DNA from: Methyloversatilis sp.
Lineage (GTDB): Bacteria > Pseudomonadota > Gammaproteobacteria > Burkholderiales > Rhodocyclaceae
Reading direction: 5' to 3'
Assembly: GCF_030696805.1 (NCBI RefSeq)
Contig: NZ_JAUYRO010000025.1
Coordinates: 1,844 to 65,843, forward strand
Length of the DNA: 64,000 nt
Both the position numbers and the translations under genes were made by a program. Each line of letters opens with the position of its first letter. Position 1 is the stretch's first letter. The notes under the pieces were generated by a model. That model was not told where the DNA came from and did no database searches. It saw only the letters and a program-made list of their open reading frames with translations. Positions 19,701-30,839 of the stretch are shown here, piece by piece.

Positions 19701-20246
19701 CATCGGATACAGGTCGACCAGGCCGCCGCGCACGCTGTATTCACCCGGGGCCACCACCTGGGTCACCGGGCCGTAGCCCGCCACCGTCAGTTGCAGGCGC
19801 AGGCGCTCGACGTCGAGCTTTTCGCCCTGCTTGACGAAGAAGGTGTGCGCGGCGAGGTATTCGCGCGGAGCCAGCCGGTACAGCGCGGTCGAGGCGGGTA
19901 CGACCAGCACGTCCAGTTCGCCGCGCATCAATGCGTACAGCGTCTCCAGCCGCTCCGATACCAGATCGTTGTGCGGCGAAAACTGGTCGTAGGGCAGGGT
20001 TTCCCAGTCGGGCAACTGGAAGCTGCGCAAGGACGGCGCGAACCAGCGCAGTTCGTCGAGCAGACGCTGCGCGTCCATCGGCCGAGCCGCGACGACGACC
20101 AGCGGTGCGCTGGCACCGCGTGCCAGTCCGGCGAGCGCGAGCGCCTGGGCGCCGCCGGGCAACGGCGGCCAGTCGACGCGGCTGGACGGGCGTGGGCGGG
20201 GCAGCGGACGCAGAAGTGAGTCCAGCAGCGAGGGCGATGAAGTCAT
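16797..20246 (-). CDS. mfd: Transcription-repair coupling factor
   Basis: LPDWETLPYD.FSP, GDPVVH..HGIGRY, MDRL.CGDVGFGKTEVA, DEEHRFGV, LHQLRGRVGRS and HDLEIRGAG motifs. Confidence 0.98.
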   Translation of the reverse strand: MTSSPSLLDSLLRPLPRPRPSSRVDWPPLPGGAQALALAGLARGASAPLVVVAARPMDAQRLLDELRWFAPSLRSFQLPDWETLPYDQFSPHNDLVSERLETLYALMRGELDVLVVPASTALYRLAPREYLAAHTFFVKQGEKLDVERLRLQLTVAGYGPVTQVVAPGEYSVRGGLVDLYPMGAALPYRIDLFDDEVESIRTFDVDTQRTVFPTKEIRLLPAREFPMDDKARTAFRSRFREAFEGDPSKSVIYKDVSNGVPTAGIEYYIPLFFEHTDTLFDYLPANALVALDAEVNDAIADFWRDTKSRFDLMKGERARPILPPAELFLSEEQFHVSLANRAIVRLGRGAPDESAGASALPELGIERKAADPLHRLRAQVAAQRVVVIAESAGRRETLIDYFAEYGLASAPVDGFDAAIAADAALTVAIGPLVEGFALSSPLIALVTETELYPTQARSRGKRDGRKVTAENFLRDLTELKIGDPVVHLQHGIGRYIGLTHMDLGEGETEFLHLEYADGDKLYVPVSQLHQISRYSGAPGDQVHLHKLGSGQWDKAKKRAAAQVRDTAAELLALYAQRSARKGHIFGFKQHDMDAFAEGFGFEETPDQMGAITAVVGDMTSGRPMDRLVCGDVGFGKTEVALRAAFVAVADGKQVAVLAPTTLLAEQHYQTFSDRFAQVAHEWPARIAEISRFKSAKEQTQALKEAAEGKIDVLIGTHRLLQKDVSFARLGLVIIDEEHRFGVRQKEALKSLRAEVDVLTLTATPIPRTLAMSLEGIRDFSVIATAPQKRLAIKTFVSPWSRGLIREAVLREFKRGGQVYFLHNEVDTIEEMGSRLADLLPEARIVIGHGQLPERELERVMREFTQRRHNLLLCTTIIETGIDNPNANTIIINRADRFGLAQLHQLRGRVGRSHHQAYAYMLTDAHAKPTEQGRRRLEAITMMEELGSGFYLAMHDLEIRGAGEVLGESQSGEMQEIGFNLYTDMLKSAVKSLQQGKDADLTQPLEIVSEINLHTPALLPTAYCPDVHERLTLYKRLANCETADDVSALREELVDRFGQMPDQTRALLETHRLRIAAKPLGITKIDAHDTMILVTFVPNPPIEPIRIIQLVQKDRNFKLAGQDRLSWKRSSVDLDARVAGVRELMKKLSG

Positions 20247-20352
20247 GGGCGGGTAGAGCGCCGCGGTACGTCGAGGTTCGCGCACCGCGAAAAATCAAAT
20301 AGCCAGCGGTCGGCGAAGGCCGGGATTATCGCGGAAACGGTTGCCGGCTGCC

Positions 20353-20706
20353 TCACTCGTATTCGTCGTATTTGCGCGCGTCGCCGCGCACCCGCTCGGC
20401 GGGGTACTTGTCGCGGTTGATCTGCATCTTTTCGGCGACGGCGGCGGGCAGGTCGATGTCCAGCGTATCCGCCAGCCGAACCAGATACACCAGTGTATCG
20501 GCCAGTTCGTGGCCGACTGCCCGCTTCTTCGTGTCCGCCAGCTCATGGCCGGTGGCCAGCCACTGGAAGTGCTCCATCACTTCGGCAGCTTCGATGCTCA
20601 TGGCCATCGCAAGGTTTTTCGGGGTGTGGAACTGCGCCCAATCGCGTTCATCGACGAACTGACGGATCAGGTTGCGCAGTGACAGCAGGTCAGCGGTGTC
20701 GTCCAT
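20353..20706 (-). CDS. MazG-like nucleotide pyrophosphohydrolase (dCTPase-like)
   Basis: F..ERDW.QFHTPKNLAMA.SIEA.E..EHFQW and ELAD...YL.RLAD.L.IDL motifs. Confidence 0.88.
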   Translation of the reverse strand: MDDTADLLSLRNLIRQFVDERDWAQFHTPKNLAMAMSIEAAEVMEHFQWLATGHELADTKKRAVGHELADTLVYLVRLADTLDIDLPAAVAEKMQINRDKYPAERVRGDARKYDEYE

Positions 20707-20844
20707 GGTGTGCGGGGCGATGGTGAGTCGGATTCTGGAAGTCGGGGTGATTGTTGCAAATGTGTCGCAGGATGTGCGCTCGATCGCTTGATCTTGCAAA
20801 TGTTGCGGCGCAATATCGGCGACCTGTCATTCCACGACGCAGAA

Positions 20845-22722
20845 ATGACTCGACAAACAGACGGCGCGAAGGCGCTCGGACCGCTGATGCTGGCGGCGCT
20901 GGGCGTGGTGTTCGGCGATATCGGCACCAGTCCGCTGTACGCCTTCAAGGAAGCCTTCACCGGTAGCCACGGCCTGCCGCTGTCGGAAGCGAACGTGCTG
21001 GCTGCACTGTCGGCACTGTTCTGGTCCGTCACGCTGATCATTTCGTTCAAGTACGTGTTCATCGTGCTGCGTTTCGACAACGACGGCGAAGGCGGCGCGC
21101 TCGCGCTGGCGTCGCTCGCGCAGCGGGCCGCCCGTGCAGGCGTGCGCCGGCGGGTGGCAGCAGTGACGGCTGCCGGCGTGTTCGCCGCGGCAATGTTCTA
21201 CGGCGACGCGGTCATCACGCCCGCCATTTCCGTGCTGTCGGCGGTCGAGGGGCTGGCCGTCGTGGCGCCGACGCTCGAGCACTGGATCGAGCCGATCACC
21301 ATCGTCATCATCATCGTGCTGTTTTCGGTGCAGCGAAAGGGGACTGCGCTGGTCGGCCGCTTTTTCGGACCGATCACCATCGTGTGGTTCGCGGTGCTCG
21401 CCCTGCTCGGGATCAACAGCATCGTGCAGACGCCCGACGTGTTGCGCGCACTCGACCCGACCTACGCCATCGTGTTCGCGATCGATAATCCCGCGCAGGC
21501 TTTCCTGCTGCTCGGTGCCGTGTTTCTGGCGCTGACCGGCGGCGAGGCGCTGTACGCCGACATGGGGCATTTCGGCAAGCGACCGGTGCGGCTGGCCTGG
21601 TATTTCATCGTGTCGCCCGCGCTGCTGATCAATTACTTCGGTCAGGGCGCGCTGGTGCTGCGCGCCTCCGAAACGGTCAGCAACCCCTTCTTCAATCTGG
21701 CGCCCGAGGCACTGCGCCTGCCGCTGGTTCTGCTGGCGACGATGGCGACGGTCATCGCGTCGCAGGCGGTCATTTCCGGCGCCTTCTCGATCACCGCACA
21801 GGCCTCGCGGCTCGGTTATCTGCCGCGCTTGCGCCAGCTGCACACTTCCGACACGGAACGCGGGCAGATCTACATTCCGGCCGTAAACTGGATGATGCTG
21901 ATCGGCGTGGTCGTGCTGGTGCTCGAATTCGACACCTCCAGCGATCTGGCGGCGGCCTACGGCATCGCCGTATCGGGTGACATGATCATCACGACGCTGC
22001 TGATGATCTTCATCACCAGCATGTCGCAGCGGCGCCTGAAGATGGCGCTGCTGGCCGTGCTGGGGGTGTTCTTCGTCATCGAACTGCTGTTCTTCGCGTC
22101 CAACCTGACCAAGTTCCTCGATGGCGGCTGGCTGCCGATGCTGCTGGGCGCCGCGCTGTTCACCATGCTGACCACCTGGAAGCGCGGCAGCGAGTTGTTG
22201 GCGCGCGAGCGCCGGCGTATCAACATCCCGATGGAGGATTTCCTCGCCAGCCCGATTCCCGAGGTGCCGCGCGTAGCGGGGACTGCGATCTATCTGACCT
22301 CGGATCCGGAAACCGTTCCCAGTGCGCTGTTCCATAACCTCAAGCATTTCAAGGTGTTGCACGAGTCCGTGCTGTTCCTGCACGTACGGATCGAAGAAGT
22401 GCCGCGGGTGGCGGCAGAACAGCGGATGACCGTACAACGGCTGGCCGACAACACCTGGGCGATCGAAGTGCGCTACGGCTTCCGCGAGGAGCCTGACATA
22501 CCCGAAGCGCTGCAGGCGCTGCCTCCCGAGGTGCTGGAGCTCGAGGCGATGGATACGACCTATTTCGTCGCGCGCTCGACCGTCGTCGAAGGCGTCGGCG
22601 ACCTGTCGACGTGGCGCCGCGCGTTGTTTGGCTGGATGCTCAGGCAGTCTGAGGGGCCGGCAAATTACTTCCATCTGCCGCCGAACCGGGTGGTCGAACT
22701 GGGCACGCAGATCAGCCTCTGA
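20845..22722 (+). CDS. kup: Potassium uptake permease
   Basis: LGVVFGDIGTSPLY, TGGEALYADMGHFG, ASQAVISG, GQIYIP..NW and YGF.E.PD motifs. Confidence 0.97.
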   Translation: MTRQTDGAKALGPLMLAALGVVFGDIGTSPLYAFKEAFTGSHGLPLSEANVLAALSALFWSVTLIISFKYVFIVLRFDNDGEGGALALASLAQRAARAGVRRRVAAVTAAGVFAAAMFYGDAVITPAISVLSAVEGLAVVAPTLEHWIEPITIVIIIVLFSVQRKGTALVGRFFGPITIVWFAVLALLGINSIVQTPDVLRALDPTYAIVFAIDNPAQAFLLLGAVFLALTGGEALYADMGHFGKRPVRLAWYFIVSPALLINYFGQGALVLRASETVSNPFFNLAPEALRLPLVLLATMATVIASQAVISGAFSITAQASRLGYLPRLRQLHTSDTERGQIYIPAVNWMMLIGVVVLVLEFDTSSDLAAAYGIAVSGDMIITTLLMIFITSMSQRRLKMALLAVLGVFFVIELLFFASNLTKFLDGGWLPMLLGAALFTMLTTWKRGSELLARERRRINIPMEDFLASPIPEVPRVAGTAIYLTSDPETVPSALFHNLKHFKVLHESVLFLHVRIEEVPRVAAEQRMTVQRLADNTWAIEVRYGFREEPDIPEALQALPPEVLELEAMDTTYFVARSTVVEGVGDLSTWRRALFGWMLRQSEGPANYFHLPPNRVVELGTQISL

Positions 22723-22862
22723 AGCGTGCATCGCGTTCGGTTGTGCGCGTGCCGGTGTCGTACGGGAACTGCCGGGCTGCGACAATGACAGACCAGGGCC
22801 GGCGCCCGGCCATCGAACCCCGGGTCGGCAAAGTCTGCGACGCCACCCCAAAAAGGAAAACC

Positions 22863-23387
22863 ATGCGCTACACCCGCACCGCAATGTCCCTGCACTGGCT
22901 GATTGCACTGATGCTGTTCGGCATGTTCGGGCTCGGCCTGTACATGACAGAACTAGCGCTGTCGCCGACAAAACTCAAGCTGTACTCGTATCACAAGTGG
23001 GCCGGCGTCACGCTGTTCCTGTTCGTACTGCTGCGTCTGGGCTGGCGCGTCACGCACACGCCGCCCGCTCTGCCGAGCAGTACTCCGGCATGGCAGGCCA
23101 GGGCTGCCGCCGCCGGACATCATCTGCTTTATGTGCTGATGATTGCCGCGCCGCTGTCAGGCTGGCTGATGAGTTCGGCCAAGGGGTTCCAGACAGTGTG
23201 GTTCGGCGTGCTGCCGCTGCCCGATCTGCTGGACAAGAACGAGACTCTGGGTGGCGCGCTGCTGCTGGTGCACCGCTTCCTGAACTATTTCTTCATGGCG
23301 GTCGTGATCGGGCACATCCTGGCCGCGATCAAGCACCACTTCATCGATCGCGACGGTCTGCTGTCGCGCATGCTGCCCGGCCGCTGA
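22863..23387 (+). CDS. Cytochrome b561 (YceJ/CybB family)
   Basis: RYT..A..LHW..A, HKW.G, H..LY..M...PLSG and HI.AA.KHHF..RD..L.RML heme ligands. Confidence 0.9.
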   Translation: MRYTRTAMSLHWLIALMLFGMFGLGLYMTELALSPTKLKLYSYHKWAGVTLFLFVLLRLGWRVTHTPPALPSSTPAWQARAAAAGHHLLYVLMIAAPLSGWLMSSAKGFQTVWFGVLPLPDLLDKNETLGGALLLVHRFLNYFFMAVVIGHILAAIKHHFIDRDGLLSRMLPGR

Positions 23388-23972
23388 TCAGCGCGTGCCT
23401 GCGGGCAGCCAGACCTGCGAGCTGTCCAGTGCATAGGTCCACGGCAGGCCCGCATTCTTCCAGCCGTTGACGGTGCGCTTGCCGCGATCCGCACCCGCCG
23501 ACGCGGTGTCGCCCTCGAACCCGTCGATCACCGTCCACACGCGGGTAAAACCAGCCGCTGCCAGCGCATTGACGGCGCGCGTCGTGCGGTCACCGGAACG
23601 ACAGATCAACACCACATCGGCCGTCCTGTCGAGGCCCTTGGCCTTGAGGCGCTCCTCGACGGCACTGACGAAGGATGGATTCTTGTGCAATGTGAAGCGG
23701 CGCGACCGGGTGTCGAAGTGGTCGAAATCGACCAGCATGAAAGGAATGTTGGCATCCATGCCTGCCGGTGCGCCGACATAGCTCACCTCGGCCTGGGTGC
23801 GCACATCGAGAAACAGGACGTTCGCGGCACGTTCGCTGACCATCCGGTGCGCTTCCGCGGCCGTCAGATAGCGATCGAGCGTCGTGCGCTTGTCGGCGGG
23901 CACTTCGGATACATCGATCGCTGACGCGCTGCCGCACAGGAAGAACAGCAGGGGGATCAGTGATTTGTTCAT
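23388..23972 (-). CDS. Exported single-domain rhodanese (sulfurtransferase)
   Basis: Signal peptide, FLDVRT..E, active loop ICRSGDR, V..GFEGD and GWKNAGLPW motifs. Confidence 0.88.
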   Translation of the reverse strand: MNKSLIPLLFFLCGSASAIDVSEVPADKRTTLDRYLTAAEAHRMVSERAANVLFLDVRTQAEVSYVGAPAGMDANIPFMLVDFDHFDTRSRRFTLHKNPSFVSAVEERLKAKGLDRTADVVLICRSGDRTTRAVNALAAAGFTRVWTVIDGFEGDTASAGADRGKRTVNGWKNAGLPWTYALDSSQVWLPAGTR

Positions 23973-24019
23973 GGCGCGCTCCCGGAGTGTCGCGCCGCAC
24001 GCAGGCGGCGACGCGTCGT

Positions 24020-26677
<2,658 letters not shown>

Positions 26678-26750
26678 CGCCGGAGGCTGACAGGGTTCAC
26701 GGCTCCGAAGCGCCGTTCTTGAACCGGTGCGCGCCGCTCGGGCTTCACGT

Positions 26751-27380
26751 TCATTGGCCGTAATCCGCGAACTTGCCGAGCACCCGCGCCATCTCGTCGT
26801 CGTCGAGCAGTTTCGGCCTGCCGACCTGCAGCGTGCGCCAGTACTGTTCGCACAGCGTTTCGAGTTCCATTGCGAGCGCGACGGCGTGGTGCAGGCTGCG
26901 TCCGAAAACGAGCATGCCGTGGTTTGCCATCAGGCATGCGCAGCGGCCGGGCAGGGCGTCGAGTACCGCGTCGGACAAGGCCTGCTCGCCGAAGGTCGCA
27001 TAGCGCGCGCAGCGCACGGTGCTGCCGCCGAAGCGGGCGATCATGTAGTGAAAGGGCGGAATGTATTCGCCGATGCAGGCGAGCGCCGTGGCGAACGGCG
27101 AGTGCGCATGCACGATGGCATCCGCGTCGGCGCGGGCGGCGTAGATGTCCCGGTGGATGCGCCATTCCGAAGAAGGCTTGCGGCAGCCGCTGCTGCGGCC
27201 ATCACTGAACACTTCCACGATGTCGTCAGCGGTGCATTCCGCAGGTTCGAGCCCGCTCGGGGTGATCAGGAATGCGGGACCGCGGCGCGCGCTGACGTTG
27301 CCAGCCGCACCGCGGTTAAGTCCGCAAACTTCCAACCGGCGCGCTGCCTCAAGCACATCGCTGCCGCTGACCTCGTTCAT
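26751..27380 (-). CDS. Class II aldolase, FucA/Ald2(DrdA)-like (methylthio-/5-deoxy-ribulose-1-P aldolase candidate)
   Basis: GNVSAR, ITPSG, PSSEW.IH, HAHSP, HYMIA.FGG..V.CA.YATFG and ANHG motifs. Lies downstream of mtnA. Confidence 0.85.
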   Translation of the reverse strand: MNEVSGSDVLEAARRLEVCGLNRGAAGNVSARRGPAFLITPSGLEPAECTADDIVEVFSDGRSSGCRKPSSEWRIHRDIYAARADADAIVHAHSPFATALACIGEYIPPFHYMIARFGGSTVRCARYATFGEQALSDAVLDALPGRCACLMANHGMLVFGRSLHHAVALAMELETLCEQYWRTLQVGRPKLLDDDEMARVLGKFADYGQ

Positions 27381-27414
27381 CAGGGTGTGCCCCTGTATTG
27401 TGGATTACCGGTGG

Positions 27415-27442
27415 ATTATCCTGACCGGAGCCCAGAATACAA
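27415..27442 (-). promoter_or_regulatory. Putative sigma70 promoter of the aldolase gene
   Basis: TTGTAT-N16-GATAAT on the minus strand, 34 nt upstream of the ATG. Confidence 0.4.
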
Positions 27443-27555
27443 GCGGGTTTACATTAAAAATTGACGATGGATCAGGTGTTTCGCGATGCAACATCGCTGA
27501 TAGTCTTTACAGTCAATAGTTTCACGCTTCTAGAATTCACTTGAAGTTCTGTGGA

Positions 27556-28638
27556 TCATTCTGCACGGGTGCCTGCGAAATGGACTCCCTCAGGCACGCC
27601 CTCAGGCATTCCCCCAGCCGGATAAACGATGCCGCGTTCGGTGATGAGCGCCGTCACAAGGTGCGCCGGCGTGATGTCGAATGCCGGATTGGCGACCGGA
27701 CTGTCCGGGCCGAGCTGGCGGACGCGGCCGGCCGCACCGCGCACCACGCGCAGTTCGTCGCCGTCGCGTGCCTCGATCGGAATCGACGCTCCACCAGCGC
27801 AGCCCTCATCCACCGTCGACCAGGGCGCGGCGACCCAGAACGGCAGCCCGCTGTCGCGTGCCGCCAGTGCCTTCAGATAGCTGCCGACCTTGTTGGCAAC
27901 GTCGCCGTTGGCGGCGACGCGGTCGGCGCCGATGATGACTGCGTCGACTTGCCCCTCACGCATCAGCTGGCCAGCGGCGTTGTCGGCGATGACCGTATGC
28001 GGCACGCCGGCGCCGGCCAGTTCCCATGCGGTCAGCAGGCCCTGGTTGCGCGGCCGGGTTTCCGAGACCCACACGTGCAGGTCGATCCCCGCGGCGTGTG
28101 CGAGATAGATGCCGGCCAGCGCCGTGCCCCAGCCTGTCGTCGCCAGCCAGCCCGCGTTGCAGTGGGTCATCAGGTTCAGGCGGCCCGACTGTGGCTTGAT
28201 CCGTGGCGTGATCGCCTGCATCAGTTCGAGCGTCAGTTCGCCAATGCGCCGGTTGGCGGCGCGGTCTTCATCGCAGATCGCGAGCGCCTCGCGCCAGGCT
28301 GCAGCGGCGCGCGCGGCCGGTGGCAGCGGCCGCACAAGCGTGGCGACGCGATGCAGCGCCCACGCAAGATTGACCGCGGTCGGGCGGGTTGCGCCGAGGG
28401 CACGCACCGCCTCGTCGAGCGCGGCATCGTCGGCTGCGTCGCGCAGCGCCATTGCCAGGCCGAAAGCACCGATGGCACCGATCAGCGGTGCGCCGCGGAC
28501 CTGCATCGTCGCGATGGCGCGGGCCGCCTGCGCGCCGGTTTCAAGGGCCACCTCCTGCTCGGCAAATGGCAGCAGGGTCTGGTCGAGGATGAACAGACGG
28601 TCGCCATCGAGGCGCAGCGGGCTGGGTGTGTCGTACAT
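27556..28638 (-). CDS. mtnA: S-methyl-5-thioribose-1-phosphate isomerase
   Basis: LDQT.LP, M.VRGAPLIG, TRPTAVNL, THCNAGWLAT..WGTA, ETRP.NQG, GADR.AANGD.ANK.G and NPAFD.TP motifs. Confidence 0.95.
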   Translation of the reverse strand: MYDTPSPLRLDGDRLFILDQTLLPFAEQEVALETGAQAARAIATMQVRGAPLIGAIGAFGLAMALRDAADDAALDEAVRALGATRPTAVNLAWALHRVATLVRPLPPAARAAAAWREALAICDEDRAANRRIGELTLELMQAITPRIKPQSGRLNLMTHCNAGWLATTGWGTALAGIYLAHAAGIDLHVWVSETRPRNQGLLTAWELAGAGVPHTVIADNAAGQLMREGQVDAVIIGADRVAANGDVANKVGSYLKALAARDSGLPFWVAAPWSTVDEGCAGGASIPIEARDGDELRVVRGAAGRVRQLGPDSPVANPAFDITPAHLVTALITERGIVYPAGGMPEGVPEGVHFAGTRAE

Positions 28639-28700
28639 GTCGGATGGGGATGGGCGGGGCTTCAAGCATAATCGGTTGATCCACGACACAGACATCCGCC

Positions 28701-29858
28701 ATGCAGGATTTCCCCGGTCATCTGACGTCGAAACTGCCCGACGTCGGCACGACGATATTCACCATCATTTCACGCGAGGCGCAGGCCTGCGGTGCGATCA
28801 ACCTCGCCCAGGGGTTTCCCGACTTCAGCGCCGATCCGCCGCTGTTCGACGCGGTGGCGGCGCACATGCGGGCCGGGCGCAACCAGTATTCGCCGATGAC
28901 CGGCCAGCCGGCGCTGCGCGAGGCAGTGGCCCGGAAGATGCGCGCGGTGTATGGCGCGGACTACGACGCCGAAGAAGAAATCACGATCACTGCCGGTGCG
29001 ACCCAGGCGGTCTATACGGCGATCACCGCTTTCGCCGGGCCGGGCGACGAAGTCATCGTATTCGAGCCGGCGTTCGACAGCTACCTGCCGGGCATCCGGC
29101 TCGCGGGCGCCACACCGGTGTTCGTGCGCCTCGAAGCGCCGCATTTCCTGCCGGACTGGGACGCGGTGGCGCGCTGCATCACGCCGCGTACCCGGCTCAT
29201 CATCACCAACACACCGCACAACCCGACCGGGGCCGCATGGTCGATCGATGACCAGCGCCAGCTGGCGCGGTTGTGCGACGGCCTTGGCATCGTGGTCATT
29301 TCCGACGAGGTGTACGAACACATCGTGTTCGACGGACGCGAACACGCCAGTGCCGCGCGGCTTCCCGAACTTGCGGCGCGTACCGTGCTGGTGTCGAGTT
29401 TCGGCAAGACCTTCCACGTGACCGGCTGGAAGGTCGGCTTCGTGTGCGCCCCTCCTGCACTGAGTGCCGAGTTCCGCCGCGTGCACCAGTTCAACGTGTT
29501 CGCAGTGAATACACCCTGCCAGCTCGGGCTGGCCGACTACATGGCCGAGCCCTCGCGCTACCTTGAACTGGGCCGTTTCTACCAGACCAAGCGCGACGCG
29601 TTCCGCGCCGGTCTGGCCGGCTCGCGCTTCGAACTGCCGGGCTGCGCCGGCACTTATTTTCAGCTCGCGTCGTATCGCGCCATCAGCGACGAACCGGATC
29701 AGTCCTTCGTGCGTCGCCTGATGCGCGAAGCGGGTGTGGCGGCGATTCCGGTGTCGGCCTTCCACCACGACGGCCACGATGCGCGGCTGATCCGCTTCTG
29801 CTTCGCCAAGACCGGAGCCGTCATTGCGCAGGCGGTCGAACGTCTGCGTTCTTACTGA
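28701..29858 (+). CDS. ybdL: PLP-dependent methionine aminotransferase (YbdL-like)
   Basis: SKLPDVGTTIFT, AINL.QGFPDF, NTPHNP.G, SDEVYEHI and SSFGKTFH.TGWK motifs. Confidence 0.9.
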   Translation: MQDFPGHLTSKLPDVGTTIFTIISREAQACGAINLAQGFPDFSADPPLFDAVAAHMRAGRNQYSPMTGQPALREAVARKMRAVYGADYDAEEEITITAGATQAVYTAITAFAGPGDEVIVFEPAFDSYLPGIRLAGATPVFVRLEAPHFLPDWDAVARCITPRTRLIITNTPHNPTGAAWSIDDQRQLARLCDGLGIVVISDEVYEHIVFDGREHASAARLPELAARTVLVSSFGKTFHVTGWKVGFVCAPPALSAEFRRVHQFNVFAVNTPCQLGLADYMAEPSRYLELGRFYQTKRDAFRAGLAGSRFELPGCAGTYFQLASYRAISDEPDQSFVRRLMREAGVAAIPVSAFHHDGHDARLIRFCFAKTGAVIAQAVERLRSY

Positions 29859-29867
29859 AGGATGTCC

Positions 29868-30080
29868 ATGCAAACCGTTGATTTTACGCTGACCGGCGAA
29901 TACGTAGCGCTGTGCGATCTTTTGAAGCTTGCAGGCCTCGCCAGCAGTGGCGGAGAAGGGAAGGTGCGGGTGGCTCGGGGAGACGTGCAGGTGGACGGGC
30001 AGACCGAAACCCGCAAGACCGCCAAGATCCGCAGCGGCCAGAAGGTCGTGTGTGACGGTGTATGCATCGCCGTCCGGTGA
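29868..30080 (+). CDS. ybcJ: S4-domain RNA-binding protein (YbcJ-like)
   Basis: EYVAL.DLLK..G...SGGE.K......V.VDG..ETRK..KIR.G motif. Confidence 0.88.
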   Translation: MQTVDFTLTGEYVALCDLLKLAGLASSGGEGKVRVARGDVQVDGQTETRKTAKIRSGQKVVCDGVCIAVR

Positions 30081-30102
30081 AGGTGAGCCGGCGCACCTGG
30101 AT

Positions 30103-30121
30103 TGTGTCGACGCTTTTTACA
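30103..30121 (+). promoter_or_regulatory. Putative enhancer (bEBP upstream activator site), TGT-N11-ACA ending in TTTACA
   Basis: TGTGTCGACGCTTTTTACA about 95 bp upstream of a sigma-54 site. Confidence 0.5.
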
Positions 30122-30216
30122 TTCGCACCAGCCCGGGTGACGTTGACCCGGGAGGCGAGCGGAAGGCGTCTGCGAGGTCACTGATTTGATGCGACTTTGT
30201 TATTTTTTTCCGCTAT

Positions 30217-30232
30217 TGGCTCGTTCTCTGCT
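30217..30232 (+). promoter_or_regulatory. Sigma-54 (-24/-12) promoter of the PEP-CTERM gene
   Basis: TGGCTCGTTCTCTGCT has exact GG-N10-GC spacing and is close to the TGGCACG-N4-TTGCW consensus. Confidence 0.65.
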
Positions 30233-30303
30233 TGCATTCAGATCGATATTCCTTCCCTCTGATTTGCCGCGGCTGTGTTGCGGATCGTAATGCGAGGCAC
30301 CCA

Positions 30304-30837
30304 ATGAAATTTCCCAGCCTGCTTGGCCTGGCGACGCTCGGCGTCGCGCTTTCCTTTCCTGCGGCAGCCGGCCTCAACGGCGATATCGTTACCACTGCGC
30401 TGCACGCGGAAACGGCTGATTACGGCCGGTTCTCCGCCGTCGTCGGCGCTGGCGTAGAGGGCAGTCTGGTCGGTGGCAGGTTGCCGTTCGACTATTCCGA
30501 CTCAGGGTTCTCCTTGAGTTCGCCGGGCAACTTCTGCGGCATCCGCAGTTGCGGGGACGCGCGGGAACAGATGACCCTGAAGCTGTCCGGCCTCGAATTC
30601 GGCCCGTCCGTCGTGCTGAAGGATATTGTGCTGGTCACGATCCTGAGCAATGTCACCGTGACAGTCGGACCGACATTTGCTGAGTTTTCCTGGACCGATC
30701 AGTCGATTTCCCCGGGCGCCTTTCTGAGCGCTCAATTCGTCACCGGCGTCGTGCCCGAGCCGGAAGCGCTTACGTTGATGCTTGCCGGCCTGGGCCTGAT
30801 CGGGATTGCCGCATCGCGTCGTTCGCAGCGCGCCTGA
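30304..30837 (+). CDS. PEP-CTERM surface protein, unknown N-terminal domain
   Basis: Signal peptide. C-terminal VPEPEALTLMLAGLGLIGIAASRRSQRA (PEP + TM + basic tail). Confidence 0.9.
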   Translation: MKFPSLLGLATLGVALSFPAAAGLNGDIVTTALHAETADYGRFSAVVGAGVEGSLVGGRLPFDYSDSGFSLSSPGNFCGIRSCGDAREQMTLKLSGLEFGPSVVLKDIVLVTILSNVTVTVGPTFAEFSWTDQSISPGAFLSAQFVTGVVPEPEALTLMLAGLGLIGIAASRRSQRA

Positions 30838-30839
30838 AT

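Noticed and set aside
22723-22862. Riboswitch upstream of cytochrome b561
   Set aside because: GC-rich hairpins are present but no conserved aptamer motif that I can match.
27381-27558. Replication origin (DnaA-like boxes, AT-rich)
   Set aside because: Only three imperfect boxes and none of the usual oriC-flanking genes. Kept only as a regulatory curiosity.
27587-27608. 12-bp-period repeat giving a PEGVPEGV tail on MtnA
   Set aside because: A two-copy micro-duplication in a non-conserved C-terminal tail. No evidence of function.
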